The notes: generated by a model from the letters alone, not told the origin. Counted from the stretch's first letter, positions 1 to 9,485 are shown. The stretch: 64,000 nt of DNA from an uncultured Solirubrobacteraceae bacterium (GCA_964588985.1 CAZPQW010000014.1:1-64000), one strand, 5' to 3'. Numbers and translations are program-made.

Positions 1-1449
1 AACTACCCGGCCCCGCACCACATCATGGCCGCGGCGGTCGAGGGCGCGCAGGTCGACTTCGACAACGCGATCGAGATCGAGGGGCGCTACTTCACCGATC
101 TCGCGACCGGTCAGGTCGCGAAGAACATGATCCAGGCGTTCTTCTTCGACCTCCAGGAGGTCAACGGCGATCGCGGCCGGCCGGACGGCATTGAGCGCTT
201 CGAGCCGACGAAGGTGGTCGTGCTCGGCGCGGGCATGATGGGCGCGGCGATCGGCTACGTGTGCGCGAAAGCGGGCATCGATGTCGTGCTGAAGGACGTC
301 TCGATCGAGGCCGCGGAGCGCGGCAAGGGCTACTCGCAGAAGCTCGTCGAGAAGGCCGTCTCGCGCGGTCGCTCGAGCGAGCAGGACGGCGAGCAGCTGC
401 TCGCGCGCATCAAGCCCACCGCCGACCCCGCGGACGCCGCGGGAGCCGACCTGGTGATCGAGGCGGTCTTCGAGGACCCGGCGGTCAAGGCGCAGGTCTT
501 CGCGGAGATCGAGCCGCACCTCGCCGAGGGGGCGCTCTTGGGCTCGAACACCTCGACGCTGCCGATCACGCAGCTCGCCGAGGGCGTGTCGCGTCCGGCC
601 GACTTCATCGGGCTGCACTTCTTCAGCCCCGTCGACAAGATGCCGCTGCTGGAGATCATCAAGGGCGAGCAGACCAGCGAGGAGACGCTCTACCGCGCGC
701 TCGATGTCGCGAAGGCGATCAAGAAGACGCCGATCGTGGTCAACGACTCGCGCGGGTTCTTCACCTCGCGCGTGATCGGCGGCTTCATCAACGAGGGCAT
801 CGCGATGCTCGTCGAGGGGATACCCGCCCCGTCGATCGAGCAGGCCTCCTCGCAGGCCGGCTACCCAGCGCCGGTGCTGCAGCTCTCCGACGAGCTGAAC
901 CTCAACCTGATGCGCAAGATCCGCCTGCAGTACCAGGCGGCCGCCGAGGCGGAGGGCATCGCGTGGGAGGGGCACCCGTCGCTGCAGGTGATCGACCGCA
1001 TGCTCGACGAGTACGACCGCGGTGGGCGCCTGGCCGGCAAGGGCTTCTACGAATACGACGAGGACGGCAAGCGCGGGAAGCTGTGGAGCGGGCTGCGCGA
1101 CGCGTTCTCGCCGGTCTCGGACCCCGCGTCGATCTCGCTGAAGGACCTCGAGGAGCGGATGATGTTCGCCGAGGCGATCGAGTCGGTCAAGTGCCTCGAC
1201 GAGGGTGTCATCGAGTCCGTCGCCGACGCCAACATCGGCTCGATCTTCGGGATCGGCTTCCCCGCGTGGACCGGAGGCGTGCTGCAGTACATCAACGGCT
1301 ACGCCGGCGGCCTCCCCGGGTTCGTCGCGCGAGCGCGCGAGCTGGCCGAGGCCTACGGCGATCGCTTCGAGCCGCCCGCCTCGCTGGTCGAGAAGGCCGA
1401 GCGCGGCGAGACCTACGACGACAGCGCCGTGCTCGTCGCGGGCGCGTAG
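1..1449 (+). CDS. fadB: Fatty-acid oxidation multifunctional enzyme (3-hydroxyacyl-CoA dehydrogenase part), 5'-truncated by window edge
   Basis: Frame open from position 1 (NYPAPHHIM). Has GAGMMG Rossmann motif, SNTSTLP, GLHFFSPVDKMPLLEII and VNDSRGFFTSR. Confidence 0.9.
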   Translation, partial: NYPAPHHIMAAAVEGAQVDFDNAIEIEGRYFTDLATGQVAKNMIQAFFFDLQEVNGDRGRPDGIERFEPTKVVVLGAGMMGAAIGYVCAKAGIDVVLKDVSIEAAERGKGYSQKLVEKAVSRGRSSEQDGEQLLARIKPTADPADAAGADLVIEAVFEDPAVKAQVFAEIEPHLAEGALLGSNTSTLPITQLAEGVSRPADFIGLHFFSPVDKMPLLEIIKGEQTSEETLYRALDVAKAIKKTPIVVNDSRGFFTSRVIGGFINEGIAMLVEGIPAPSIEQASSQAGYPAPVLQLSDELNLNLMRKIRLQYQAAAEAEGIAWEGHPSLQVIDRMLDEYDRGGRLAGKGFYEYDEDGKRGKLWSGLRDAFSPVSDPASISLKDLEERMMFAEAIESVKCLDEGVIESVADANIGSIFGIGFPAWTGGVLQYINGYAGGLPGFVARARELAEAYGDRFEPPASLVEKAERGETYDDSAVLVAGA

Positions 1450-1457
1450 GGGTTCCC

Positions 1458-2600
1458 GTGAGCGTCACGCTGAGCGACGAGCAACAGGCATTCGCGGCGG
1501 CCGTCAGAGACCTGGCGGCCCGCGAGTGCGGCACGCGCGAGCAGCGCGACGCGCTGACCGCGAACGGACAGGAGCCTCACAACGCCGAGCTCTACCAGCG
1601 CATCGCGGAGCTCGGCTGGCTGGGCCTCGCGATACCGGAGGCCTATGGCGGCTCGGGCGGGGGCATGGTCGACCTGTGCCTGTTCCTGGAGGAGTTCAGC
1701 TACGGGCAGATCCCGATCGCGGGCTTCGCGGTGACCTCGATCACCGCGGGCGCGTATGAGCGCTTCGGCACCGAGGAGCAGAAGCAGGAGATCCTCGGCG
1801 GGATCGTCGGCGGCGCGGTCGAGGCGATCGCGATGTCCGAGCCGGAGGCCGGCTCGGACGTGGGCGCGCTGCGGTGCAAGGCCGTCCGCGAGAACGGCGG
1901 ATATGTGATCAACGGCCAGAAGACGTGGATCTCCGAGGCGCACGTCGCGGAGCACATCCTGCTCGTGTGCCGCACGGACGACAGCGGCGGCAAGCACGAC
2001 GGCCTGAGCATGATCAGCATCCCCGCGGGCACGGAGGGCGTCGAGATCCGTCCGATCGAGACGATGGGCGGTCGCGTCGTCAACGACGTGTTCTTCACCG
2101 ACTGCCACATCCCGGCCGAGAACCTGCTCGGCGTCGAGGGGCAGGCGTGGATGCAGCTGATGGCGGGCCTGAACGTCGAGCGCCTGATCATCGCCGCGCA
2201 GTCTCTCGGCATGGCCCGCCGCGCCCTCGACGACACGCTCGTGTACGTCAAGGAGCGCAAGCAGTTCGGCCGCCCGATCGGGAGCTTCCAGGCGCTGTCC
2301 CACCGTCTCGCGGATCTCGCCACCGAGCTCGAGTGCTGTCGGCTCTTGACCTACGACGTCGCCACACGAGTCGACGCCAACCCCGGCGCGCTGTTCCCCC
2401 GCGAGGCTTCGATGGCGAAGCTCAAGGTCACCGAGACCGCCAAGCGGATCGCGCTCGAGGGCATGCAGATGATGGGCGGCTACGGCTACGCCACCGAGTA
2501 CGACATGGAGCGCCACGTCCGCGGCACGCTCGTCTCGACGATCTACGGCGGCACGAGCGAGATCCAGCGCGAGATCATCGCCAAGACGCTCGGGCTGTAG
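1458..2600 (+). CDS. Acyl-CoA dehydrogenase
   Basis: GTG start 8 nt after the fadB stop. Motifs MSEPEAGSD, INGQKTWIS, RKQFGRPIGSFQ, GGYGY, IYGGTSEIQR. Confidence 0.93.
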   Translation: MSVTLSDEQQAFAAAVRDLAARECGTREQRDALTANGQEPHNAELYQRIAELGWLGLAIPEAYGGSGGGMVDLCLFLEEFSYGQIPIAGFAVTSITAGAYERFGTEEQKQEILGGIVGGAVEAIAMSEPEAGSDVGALRCKAVRENGGYVINGQKTWISEAHVAEHILLVCRTDDSGGKHDGLSMISIPAGTEGVEIRPIETMGGRVVNDVFFTDCHIPAENLLGVEGQAWMQLMAGLNVERLIIAAQSLGMARRALDDTLVYVKERKQFGRPIGSFQALSHRLADLATELECCRLLTYDVATRVDANPGALFPREASMAKLKVTETAKRIALEGMQMMGGYGYATEYDMERHVRGTLVSTIYGGTSEIQREIIAKTLGL

Positions 2601-2969
2601 CTAACCCTCCATCCAGATGGCCCCGTCGCGCAGCGCCACCGGGTAGGTCTTCAGGGGACGGGCGCCGGTCGTGCCCTTCACCAGTCCCGCCAGCGGTTTG
2701 AACGCGCCCTGCGGGCCGCGCGTCATCGCGCCGGTGCTCACGTCGTAGAGGGCGGCGTGCGACGGGCACTGCAGGCAGCCGTCGTCGGTGACGCGTCCGG
2801 CGCCGAGTGAGGCGAACAGGTGGCGGCAGCGGTTGGAGACGGCGAACGGCTTGCCGGCGCTGAGGCCGACCGCGAGCGTGCCGTGCGGCGTCTCCACGAC
2901 GGTCACCTGTCGCTCGTCGAGATCCTCGACGCCGACGAGACGGATGGGGGCGGCGGTTGAGTCGGTCAT
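2601..2969 (-). CDS. Rieske [2Fe-2S] ferredoxin
   Basis: CRH...CPSH Rieske ligand pairs; RBS GAGGAG upstream. Confidence 0.85.
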   Translation of the reverse strand: MTDSTAAPIRLVGVEDLDERQVTVVETPHGTLAVGLSAGKPFAVSNRCRHLFASLGAGRVTDDGCLQCPSHAALYDVSTGAMTRGPQGAFKPLAGLVKGTTGARPLKTYPVALRDGAIWMEG

Positions 2970-3054
2970 CGGGTTCTCCTCATGGTGGACGACGAGGACG
3001 ATACGCCCCGCGACGTCTTTCCACCGTCTGGCCCGTTACGCGTGGCGCGAATCG

Positions 3055-3717
3055 TCAATGCGTGTGATGGCGACCGTGCACGGTCTCCCACGATTGCCAC
3101 GTGATTCGCAGGATCACCACCGTGATCAGCAGGCCGATGATCGGATCGGCGAGGGGGAGGCCGAGCGAGACCACGATCGCCGAGGCGATCACGGCGAGGC
3201 TGACGTAGGCATCCGCGTGAGCGTGTTCGCCGTCGGCGACCAGCGCGGCACTGTCCAGGCGCCTGCCCGCGCTGGTGCGAATCCGGGCGGCGAGGAAGTT
3301 CCCCGCATAGCCGATCGCGCCCGCGATGCCGAGGACGAGCAGGTGCGTGGGGGCGCTCGGATGCACCAGGCGCATGACCGCCTCCACGCCGGCGACGCAC
3401 GCGCTGATGAAGATCGCGCCCACGACCGCGAGCCCCGCTCGGCGCTCCGCGACCGCGGAGCGAAGGGCAAACGCGATGCCCAGGGGGATGGCGGTCAGCG
3501 CGTCGCCGTAGTTGTGGATGAGGTCCGCCAGCAGCGCGATGCTTCCGCTGGCGACGAACACGACCGTCTGCGCGACCGCCGCGATGCCGAGCACCGCCAG
3601 CGACAGCAAAACCGCGCGGATCCCCTCGCGGGAGCGCTTGATGCTCTCGTCGATCAAACCGTGGGAGTGGCCGTGCCCGTGGTGATGGCTCAGAGAGTCA
3701 GGTGGCGCGCTCGTCAT
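3055..3717 (-). CDS. Cation diffusion facilitator (CDF) metal transporter, His-rich N-terminus, no C-terminal domain
   Basis: HHHGHGHSHG, SGSIALLADLIHN.D, SAALVADGEHAHAD, ADPIIGL. Confidence 0.85.
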   Translation of the reverse strand: MTSAPPDSLSHHHGHGHSHGLIDESIKRSREGIRAVLLSLAVLGIAAVAQTVVFVASGSIALLADLIHNYGDALTAIPLGIAFALRSAVAERRAGLAVVGAIFISACVAGVEAVMRLVHPSAPTHLLVLGIAGAIGYAGNFLAARIRTSAGRRLDSAALVADGEHAHADAYVSLAVIASAIVVSLGLPLADPIIGLLITVVILRITWQSWETVHGRHHTH

Positions 3718-3832
3718 ATCCACAGGCTACGGTCGCTCGAGGCATTCAGGTGTCGCCGAGCTCGCGCCGGGCTTTCGAGGCGAGCACGAGCGGAGCGGGC
3801 CGGTCGGAATCGGCCGGCTCCGCTCGGCCTCC

Positions 3833-4210
3833 TTACTTCTTGCCGTCGATGCTGCTCAGAGACTCGCCGGCGCTCTTCACCACTTTGCGCAGGAAGTCGT
3901 ACTGCGTGTGGACCAGCCGATCGGCCAACCCCAACGCCGAGTCGACGATCTCCTGTCGCCTGGATGCGCCCTCGCCGTGCAACGGCAGGGCCTTGTCGAC
4001 GGAGTCCATGAACTTGCGTACCGCGTCGATCGCCTCTCGCTGGCCGGCCTCGATCGACTCGAGCACCTCCTTGGAAAGCACCGCGGTTCGATCGGTTGCG
4101 CCTTTGGAGGTGTGTTTGCGGGCCCCGTTGGAGCTTTGAGCTGCGCTCTTTTTTGGCCTCGCCGGTCGGGCGGTCGCCGCCGCGCTGCGCTGTGTCTTTG
4201 TACCGGGCAT
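3833..4210 (-). CDS. Hypothetical protein: basic low-complexity N-terminus plus amphipathic helices (phasin-like?)
   Basis: AAAGGAG RBS about 8 nt before the ATG at 4210; GC3-biased codons. Confidence 0.7.
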   Translation of the reverse strand: MPGTKTQRSAAATARPARPKKSAAQSSNGARKHTSKGATDRTAVLSKEVLESIEAGQREAIDAVRKFMDSVDKALPLHGEGASRRQEIVDSALGLADRLVHTQYDFLRKVVKSAGESLSSIDGKK

Positions 4211-4264
4211 AACCGTCACTCCTTTCGGGAGTCGTGTCAACTGGTGTGTTATGGCTCGACATCG

Positions 4265-4331
4265 ACCGTATGGCAGCCCGACTCAGGGGTCATCAGTGCA
4301 AACCCCCGTCAGGGATTCGCAGAACTACGCG
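4265..4331 (-). promoter_or_regulatory. Predicted promoter (-10 TACGGT) with paired 16-bp boxes
   Basis: -10 at 4265-4270 (minus strand). Boxes 4293-4308 tcagtgcaaacccccg and 4316-4331 ttcgcagaactacgcg, centred -42.5 and -65.5 from a predicted TSS at 4258. Confidence 0.55.
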
Positions 4332-4494
4332 ACAGGCGGAGCTGCGCGAAAGAAAATCGGAGTCCCCATCAGATCCGTGCTACCGTCGGTCAATCAGGTT
4401 GGTCGGAAATCCGGCCAGCACCGCAGTGCCAGCGCTCGTAGCCTTGCTCAAAGCATCTCCGCGTTCGCAGCACACATCGACGCCGGAGGAAACA

Positions 4495-4698
4495 ATGGCT
4501 ACAGGAACAGTGAAGTGGTTCAGCGACGACAAGGGCTTCGGGTTCATAACGCCCGACGACCAGTCCAAGGACCTCTTCGTTCATCACAGCGCGATCATCG
4601 GTGAGGGCTATCGCTCACTCGCCGAGGGCGCGAAGGTCACATACGAGTCAGAGGCTGGCGACAAGGGCCCCAAGGCCGTCAACGTCCAGGCCACTTAG
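4495..4698 (+). CDS. cspA: Cold-shock protein
   Basis: [24 protein letters not shown] (RNP1/RNP2); GGAGG RBS. Confidence 0.97.
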   Translation: MATGTVKWFSDDKGFGFITPDDQSKDLFVHHSAIIGEGYRSLAEGAKVTYESEAGDKGPKAVNVQAT

Positions 4699-4711
4699 AT
4701 CTCTTTAGCGG

Positions 4712-5131
4712 CTAGGTGGCGGCGCTGGGTACCCGCGCCGCCACCGTCCGCTCCTGGAAGGTAAATCCCGCTTCGAGCGCACGGCGCACGGGGCAGGTCG
4801 CGGCGACGCGCTCGAGTCTGCGTCGCTGGTCGGGTGTCAGATCGTCCGGTAGGTGCAGACGGATGAGGAAGCCCCGCGGGGCGCTGTCGGGGTCGTAATC
4901 GACATCGACCGACGTCTCGCCGATGTCCCAATCGCGGTTCTGCGCGTACAGCGCGACCATCGTTGCGACACATGACGCCAGCGTCGCCGCGAGCAGCTCG
5001 TGCGGCGCGGGTCCCTGATCGGTGCCACCTAGGCGCTTGGGCTCGTCGGTCACGATCGTGTGCCGGCCGTTGACGTCGACCTCGTGCTTGAGGCCATCGT
5101 CCACGCGGCGGGCTGTGGCGGTCATACCCAT
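4712..5131 (-). CDS. OsmC/YhfA family protein
   Basis: DEP..LGG.D.GPAPHELLAATLASC ... TCPVRRAL; two conserved Cys. Confidence 0.9.
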   Translation of the reverse strand: MGMTATARRVDDGLKHEVDVNGRHTIVTDEPKRLGGTDQGPAPHELLAATLASCVATMVALYAQNRDWDIGETSVDVDYDPDSAPRGFLIRLHLPDDLTPDQRRRLERVAATCPVRRALEAGFTFQERTVAARVPSAAT

Positions 5132-5224
5132 GGTCCCAGCACTGTGCCTCAGCGCGCTCGCGTCCCCATCCGCGCCGACTACGAGTGTGGATGGGTAGAG
5201 ATTGCTGAACAACTTTAGTAGTAA

Positions 5225-5240
5225 ACAACGATGTAGTTGT
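5225..5240. promoter_or_regulatory. Putative ArsR operator
   Basis: ACAAC-gatgta-GTTGT inverted repeat in an AT-rich patch just upstream of the arsR gene; -10-like TAGGCT follows. Confidence 0.4.
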
Positions 5241-5255
5241 GCTAGGCTCGTGAGC

Positions 5256-5600
5256 ATGAGCACTGTCACGCAGGTCCCGCACCCACTGCCCGAGCCGCTC
5301 GCCGAGTTGATCGCCGAGCGCTTTCGTGTGCTCGGCGAGCCGATGCGCATTCGACTCCTGGACTTCCTCCGCGAAGGCTCGGCTACGGTCCAGGAGCTCC
5401 AGGAGGCGACCGGCGCCTCGCAGCAGAACGTGTCCAAGCACCTGGGCGTGCTGCTGCGCAGCGGGCTGGTGAGCCGCAGCAAGGAGGGCAATTTCTCGCG
5501 CTACGCGATCGCCGACGAGGGCGTGTTCGATCTGTGCGAGCAGGTGTGCGGCGGTCTGCGTCGCCAGTTCGACGAGCTCGATGCGGTGCTGCCCGCGTGA
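5256..5600 (+). CDS. ArsR/SmtB family transcriptional regulator
   Basis: FRVLGEPMRIRLL, SQQNVSKHL, GLV.R.KEG; C-terminal LCEQVC. Confidence 0.92.
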   Translation: MSTVTQVPHPLPEPLAELIAERFRVLGEPMRIRLLDFLREGSATVQELQEATGASQQNVSKHLGVLLRSGLVSRSKEGNFSRYAIADEGVFDLCEQVCGGLRRQFDELDAVLPA

Positions 5601-7789
5601 GCGCCACCGCTGCCCCCCGCTTCCCCGTGGCCTCCAAGACGAGCGGGCCTGGTGGACCGGCCGCGCCGTCGGGCCAGCCGAGCGCACATGTCGGTCCGAT
5701 CGGCCGCCTCGGTCGCTACACCGCGACGCACTTCCGCACGGTTCTGGCCGGGTGGGTCCTGGTGGCCCTCGTGCTCGGGTTCTTCGCGCCCCGAGTCGAG
5801 AAGGCGCTGTCGGGCGCCGGCTGGGAAGCGAGCGGATCGCAGTCCGCGCAGGCGCGCAAGCTCGTGGAACGCGACTTCGCCGGCATGGGCAGCTACGGGC
5901 TGATGACGGTCGTGTACTCCCCCACGCAGACCGTCTCTTCGCCCGCCTTCAAATCCGCCATCGCTCGCGTCGAGCAGACGCTCCGCGCCGACCGCGCGGT
6001 GCGCACGGTCGTCGCGCCCGCTCCCGGCCTGTCGATCTCCCGCGACGGCCACACCGTGATCGTTCAGGCCGGCGCGGCGCGCGACCCCAACGGAATGGTC
6101 GCCGCCGCCGACACCCTCAAGGGCAAGCTGCACAAGCTCTCCTCGGCCGGTGTCGTGGTGAACCTCACGGGAGCGGCCGGCATGTGGTCGGACTTCAACG
6201 CGGCGAACCGCTCGGCGATGCTCAAGTCGGAGGTGATCTCGTGGCCGGTGACGCTCGGCATCATGCTGCTCGCGTTCGGCTCACTCGTCGCCGCGGGGCT
6301 GCCGCTGATGCTGACGATGGTCGGCCTGCTCTCCGCGGCGGGCCTGCTCTACCTCGGCACGCTGATCTCGCCGATCTCGATCTGGGCGATGAACTTCGCG
6401 CTGATGTTCGCGCTCGCGCTCGGCATCGACTACGCGCTGTTCATCGTGATGCGCTTCCGCGGCGCGTTCTTCGGCTCCAAGCTCGACGCCCGGGAGGCGA
6501 CGGCCGTGACGATGGACACGGCGGGCAAGGCGGTGTTGTTCAGCGGGGTGACGGTGTTGATCTCCCTCACCGCGGTGATGCTCGTCCCGAGCCCAGCGTT
6601 TCGCAGCATGAGCCTCGGCATCATGCTCGCGGTGGTATTCGTGCTCGCGGCGACGCTCACGCTGCTGCCGGCGGTGCTTGCGAAGCTCGGCCCGAAGGTC
6701 GACAACGTGTCGCTCCCGTGGGCGCACTCCAGCGAGCATCGCTCTCCCGTGTTCGCCGCGTGGGGCGAGCGGCTGTGGCGCCACCCGCTGCGCTACGGCG
6801 CCCCAGCGCTCCTGGTGCTGCTCGCGCTCGCCTACCCGGTGACGCAGCTGAAGACCTCGATGCCGTCGATCAAGGTCGTGCCGAGCACCGACTCCTCGCG
6901 CGTCGGCTACAACCAGGTGCAGGCAGCGATGGGCCCCGGGTCCACCGGTCCGCTGCAGCTCCTCACCCCCACCGCCGAGGCCGCGACGGTCGCGCGCATC
7001 GCCAAGAGCGATCCGGGCGTCGCCCAGGTCCTGCCCATCCAGCTCGGCGCTGGCGGGCTCGCGCTCGTCACCGCCGTCCCCCGCCAGGACCCCTCCAACC
7101 CCGCCGTCGGGGCGACGATCGAGCGGCTGCGCGCACACGAGCCCGCGGGCACCCTGCTCGGCGGTGCGGTCGCCGAAAACCACGACCTGCAGCACCTGCT
7201 CTCCGCAAAGACCACGCTCGTGGTCGGCGTGGTGCTCGCCCTCGGGTTCCTGCTGCTGCTCGTCGCGCTGCAGGCGCCGCTGCTCGCGGCCGCCGGCGTG
7301 ATCACCAACCTGCTGGCCACGGGTGCCGCGTTCGGGGTGTCCAAGTGGATCTTCCAGGACGGCGCTCTCCACTCGCTGCTCGGCTTCCAGCCCCAGGGGT
7401 TCCTCGACGCGTGGGGCCCGGTGTTCTTCTTCGCGATGATCTTCGCGATCTCGATGGACTACACCGTGTTCCTGCTGTCCTCCGCGAAGGAGCACTGGGA
7501 CCGGACCGGCGACGCCAGGGAGGCGATGGTCGGAGGGCTCGCGCACTCCGGGCGCGTGATCTTCGCAGCGGCCGCGGTGATGGTCGCCGTGTTCTTCACG
7601 TTCGCGCTTTCCGGGCCGCTCCCGCCGAAGGAGATGGGGATCATCCTCGGCGTCGCCGTGCTGCTCGACGCGACGCTGATGCGCCTGTTGCTGCTGCCGG
7701 TGCTGTTGCGGCTGATGGGTCGAAGGGCTTGGTATTTGCCGAGGTGGGCGCGGCGGGTGCTCCCCGACGTGCGCTTCGGGCACGCCTGA
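5597..7789 (+). CDS. MMPL (RND) family transporter
   Basis: GTGA overlap with arsR. LGIDYALF, TAGKAVLFSG, ISMDYTVFL, SGRVI..AA.VM. Confidence 0.93.
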   Translation: MSATAAPRFPVASKTSGPGGPAAPSGQPSAHVGPIGRLGRYTATHFRTVLAGWVLVALVLGFFAPRVEKALSGAGWEASGSQSAQARKLVERDFAGMGSYGLMTVVYSPTQTVSSPAFKSAIARVEQTLRADRAVRTVVAPAPGLSISRDGHTVIVQAGAARDPNGMVAAADTLKGKLHKLSSAGVVVNLTGAAGMWSDFNAANRSAMLKSEVISWPVTLGIMLLAFGSLVAAGLPLMLTMVGLLSAAGLLYLGTLISPISIWAMNFALMFALALGIDYALFIVMRFRGAFFGSKLDAREATAVTMDTAGKAVLFSGVTVLISLTAVMLVPSPAFRSMSLGIMLAVVFVLAATLTLLPAVLAKLGPKVDNVSLPWAHSSEHRSPVFAAWGERLWRHPLRYGAPALLVLLALAYPVTQLKTSMPSIKVVPSTDSSRVGYNQVQAAMGPGSTGPLQLLTPTAEAATVARIAKSDPGVAQVLPIQLGAGGLALVTAVPRQDPSNPAVGATIERLRAHEPAGTLLGGAVAENHDLQHLLSAKTTLVVGVVLALGFLLLLVALQAPLLAAAGVITNLLATGAAFGVSKWIFQDGALHSLLGFQPQGFLDAWGPVFFFAMIFAISMDYTVFLLSSAKEHWDRTGDAREAMVGGLAHSGRVIFAAAAVMVAVFFTFALSGPLPPKEMGIILGVAVLLDATLMRLLLLPVLLRLMGRRAWYLPRWARRVLPDVRFGHA

Positions 7790-7799
7790 TTTTATTTAT

Positions 7800-8261
7800 T
7801 TAGACCTCGAGCGAGGTTCCGTCGGCTGAGACTCCGACGACGGGCACCGGCGAGGACTTGCGCAGCGCTGTGATCACCGTCCCGATCGCCTGGTGCAGCC
7901 GCGAATGCTCGTCGAGACCGACGACGATCTTGCTTGCGTCGTAGCGCGTCGCGGCGTCGAGCAGCGCGCTCGCCGGGTCCTGATCCACGACCTCGGTGGC
8001 GATGTCCAGGTCCAGCATCTTCGGGTCGCTCTCGAGCATCAGCTCGTCAATCGTCGTTTGCCCCAATTCGCTGCGCTCGTGGCTGGTCGCGAGCGGGGAG
8101 GGCGGCGCGTGCAGCGGTCGGCAGGCGTACACGATCACGAGCTTGCCCTTGGTGGGCTCGAGCTCAGAGGTCGCCCACGCGAGCGCGGCCCGCGAGCTCT
8201 CGCCCCGGTCGTATCCCACGACGAGGCACTGCGCGGCGGTGTGTCGACTGGCGCCGCCCAT
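7800..8261 (-). CDS. Universal stress protein (single domain)
   Basis: LVVGYD.GESSRAALAWA ... KIVVG ... IGTV...L...SPVPVV. Confidence 0.8.
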   Translation of the reverse strand: MGGASRHTAAQCLVVGYDRGESSRAALAWATSELEPTKGKLVIVYACRPLHAPPSPLATSHERSELGQTTIDELMLESDPKMLDLDIATEVVDQDPASALLDAATRYDASKIVVGLDEHSRLHQAIGTVITALRKSSPVPVVGVSADGTSLEV

Positions 8262-8263
8262 CG

Positions 8264-9412
8264 TCAGGCCGTGACCGCTTCGCGGCTGAGTCGATCGAGG
8301 TACGGCCCGAGGTACTTGGCGGCGATCTTGCTCGGCGGAGACCACGTGGCCTCATCGGTGATCTGCGAGCTGAATCCCTGCCCGCCGGTGATCTCCGCGG
8401 TGAGATAGAGGGGCTTCTCGCCCGTGAGAAGCATCCCGCGGATCACCGGCTTGAACGGCTCGGGTGTGACGTCCGCGCCGGCCAGGGCGGCGATCGACTG
8501 CGCCACGACGTCCGCCTGCTGAGAGCCGAGTCCGCCGTGCTTGATCGGGAAGTCGATCGCGTCGCCCGCCGCGTAGACGTCCTTCAGGTCGGCCACGCGG
8601 CCGAAGCGGTCGGTGCGGATGAAGCCGTGTTCGCTCAGCGGGATGCCGCGCACGGAAGGGCCGTAGAGCTCGGGCAGCGCGATCACGCGGTCGACGTGCA
8701 GGTGGCGGTTGCCGGGGTTGATCACGATCTCACCCGAGCGGGGTACCTCGGCGTAGGCGGAGTAGATCGTCTTGATGTTCGCCTTCGCGAGCACGTCGGC
8801 GAGCGCGCTGCTCGCCGTCGAGCCGAAGATTGCGAGCGGGCTGTCCTCGGGAGAGACGATCGTCGTTTCGAGATCCACGCCCATGTCGTAGGCGCGGGCC
8901 GCCGTCATCAGCGCCAGCTCGTACAGCGGCAGCTGCCACGCCATCCGGCCGGGAGCGACGAACGCGACGCTCTCGACGTAGCCGCCCTCGACGTCCTGGA
9001 TCAGGCCGTGCATCGCCTCGTCCAGTCGGCGGTCGTCGATCGTGAGCGCGTGCGTGTAGCGGCGGCACGGGCGCCCGCCGAGCGCGAGCACGAGCACGTC
9101 GTACTCGATCGCCTGCTCGCCGGTGGTGTGCACCGTGTGGCTCGCAGGGTCGACCCACGAGAGCTCGTCGCCGATCAGCTCCGCTCCCGCATCGTGGACC
9201 ATCTGGGCGAGCGGGTAGCGGTTGGCCACCGGGTAGGCGAACGGCTCGACCACCGTCATCGGCCGGTAGACGAACTCCTCGTTCGGCGCCAGCACCGTCA
9301 TGGCGATGCGATCTGGCGCCAGCTCCGCCAGAGCCAGCGCGGTCTCCAGTGCGGTCACTCCACCGCCGACGATCAGCACGCGGAGCTTGGGGATGGGGGC
9401 TTGTGTGGTCAT
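8264..9412 (-). CDS. FAD-dependent oxidoreductase, sulfide:quinone oxidoreductase/NDH-2-like fold
   Basis: VLIVGGGVTALE, YDVLVLALG, VYAAGDA; C-terminal WSPPSKIAAKYL. Confidence 0.8.
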   Translation of the reverse strand: MTTQAPIPKLRVLIVGGGVTALETALALAELAPDRIAMTVLAPNEEFVYRPMTVVEPFAYPVANRYPLAQMVHDAGAELIGDELSWVDPASHTVHTTGEQAIEYDVLVLALGGRPCRRYTHALTIDDRRLDEAMHGLIQDVEGGYVESVAFVAPGRMAWQLPLYELALMTAARAYDMGVDLETTIVSPEDSPLAIFGSTASSALADVLAKANIKTIYSAYAEVPRSGEIVINPGNRHLHVDRVIALPELYGPSVRGIPLSEHGFIRTDRFGRVADLKDVYAAGDAIDFPIKHGGLGSQQADVVAQSIAALAGADVTPEPFKPVIRGMLLTGEKPLYLTAEITGGQGFSSQITDEATWSPPSKIAAKYLGPYLDRLSREAVTA

Positions 9413-9418
9413 ACCCTC

Positions 9419-9485
9419 AAACTAGAGCGCCACACGCGCCGGGGCAGCCGAAAAAGCCCGCCGTCGTCAGACGGAAAACTACGTA
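9419..9485 (-). promoter_or_regulatory. Leaderless promoter with paired 16-bp boxes
   Basis: TAGTTT 6 nt before the ATG at 9412. Boxes 9447-9462 and 9470-9485 centred -42.5 and -65.5. Confidence 0.55.

Noticed and set aside
261-1457. N-terminal extension of the 779-aa ORF suggesting a fusion to the acyl-CoA dehydrogenase
   Set aside because: Off-frame overlap with fadB; the real start is GTG 1458. The same artefact affects ORFs 10593-12800, 21508-23877, 32657-34786 and 57699-60947.
4335-4494. cspA 5' UTR thermosensor RNA
   Set aside because: Plausible by analogy, but no structure or consensus could be supported by eye.
7789-7802. AT-rich runs (here and at 27873-27890) as insertion scars or terminators
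   Set aside because: Short spacers with no hairpin or target-site duplication.
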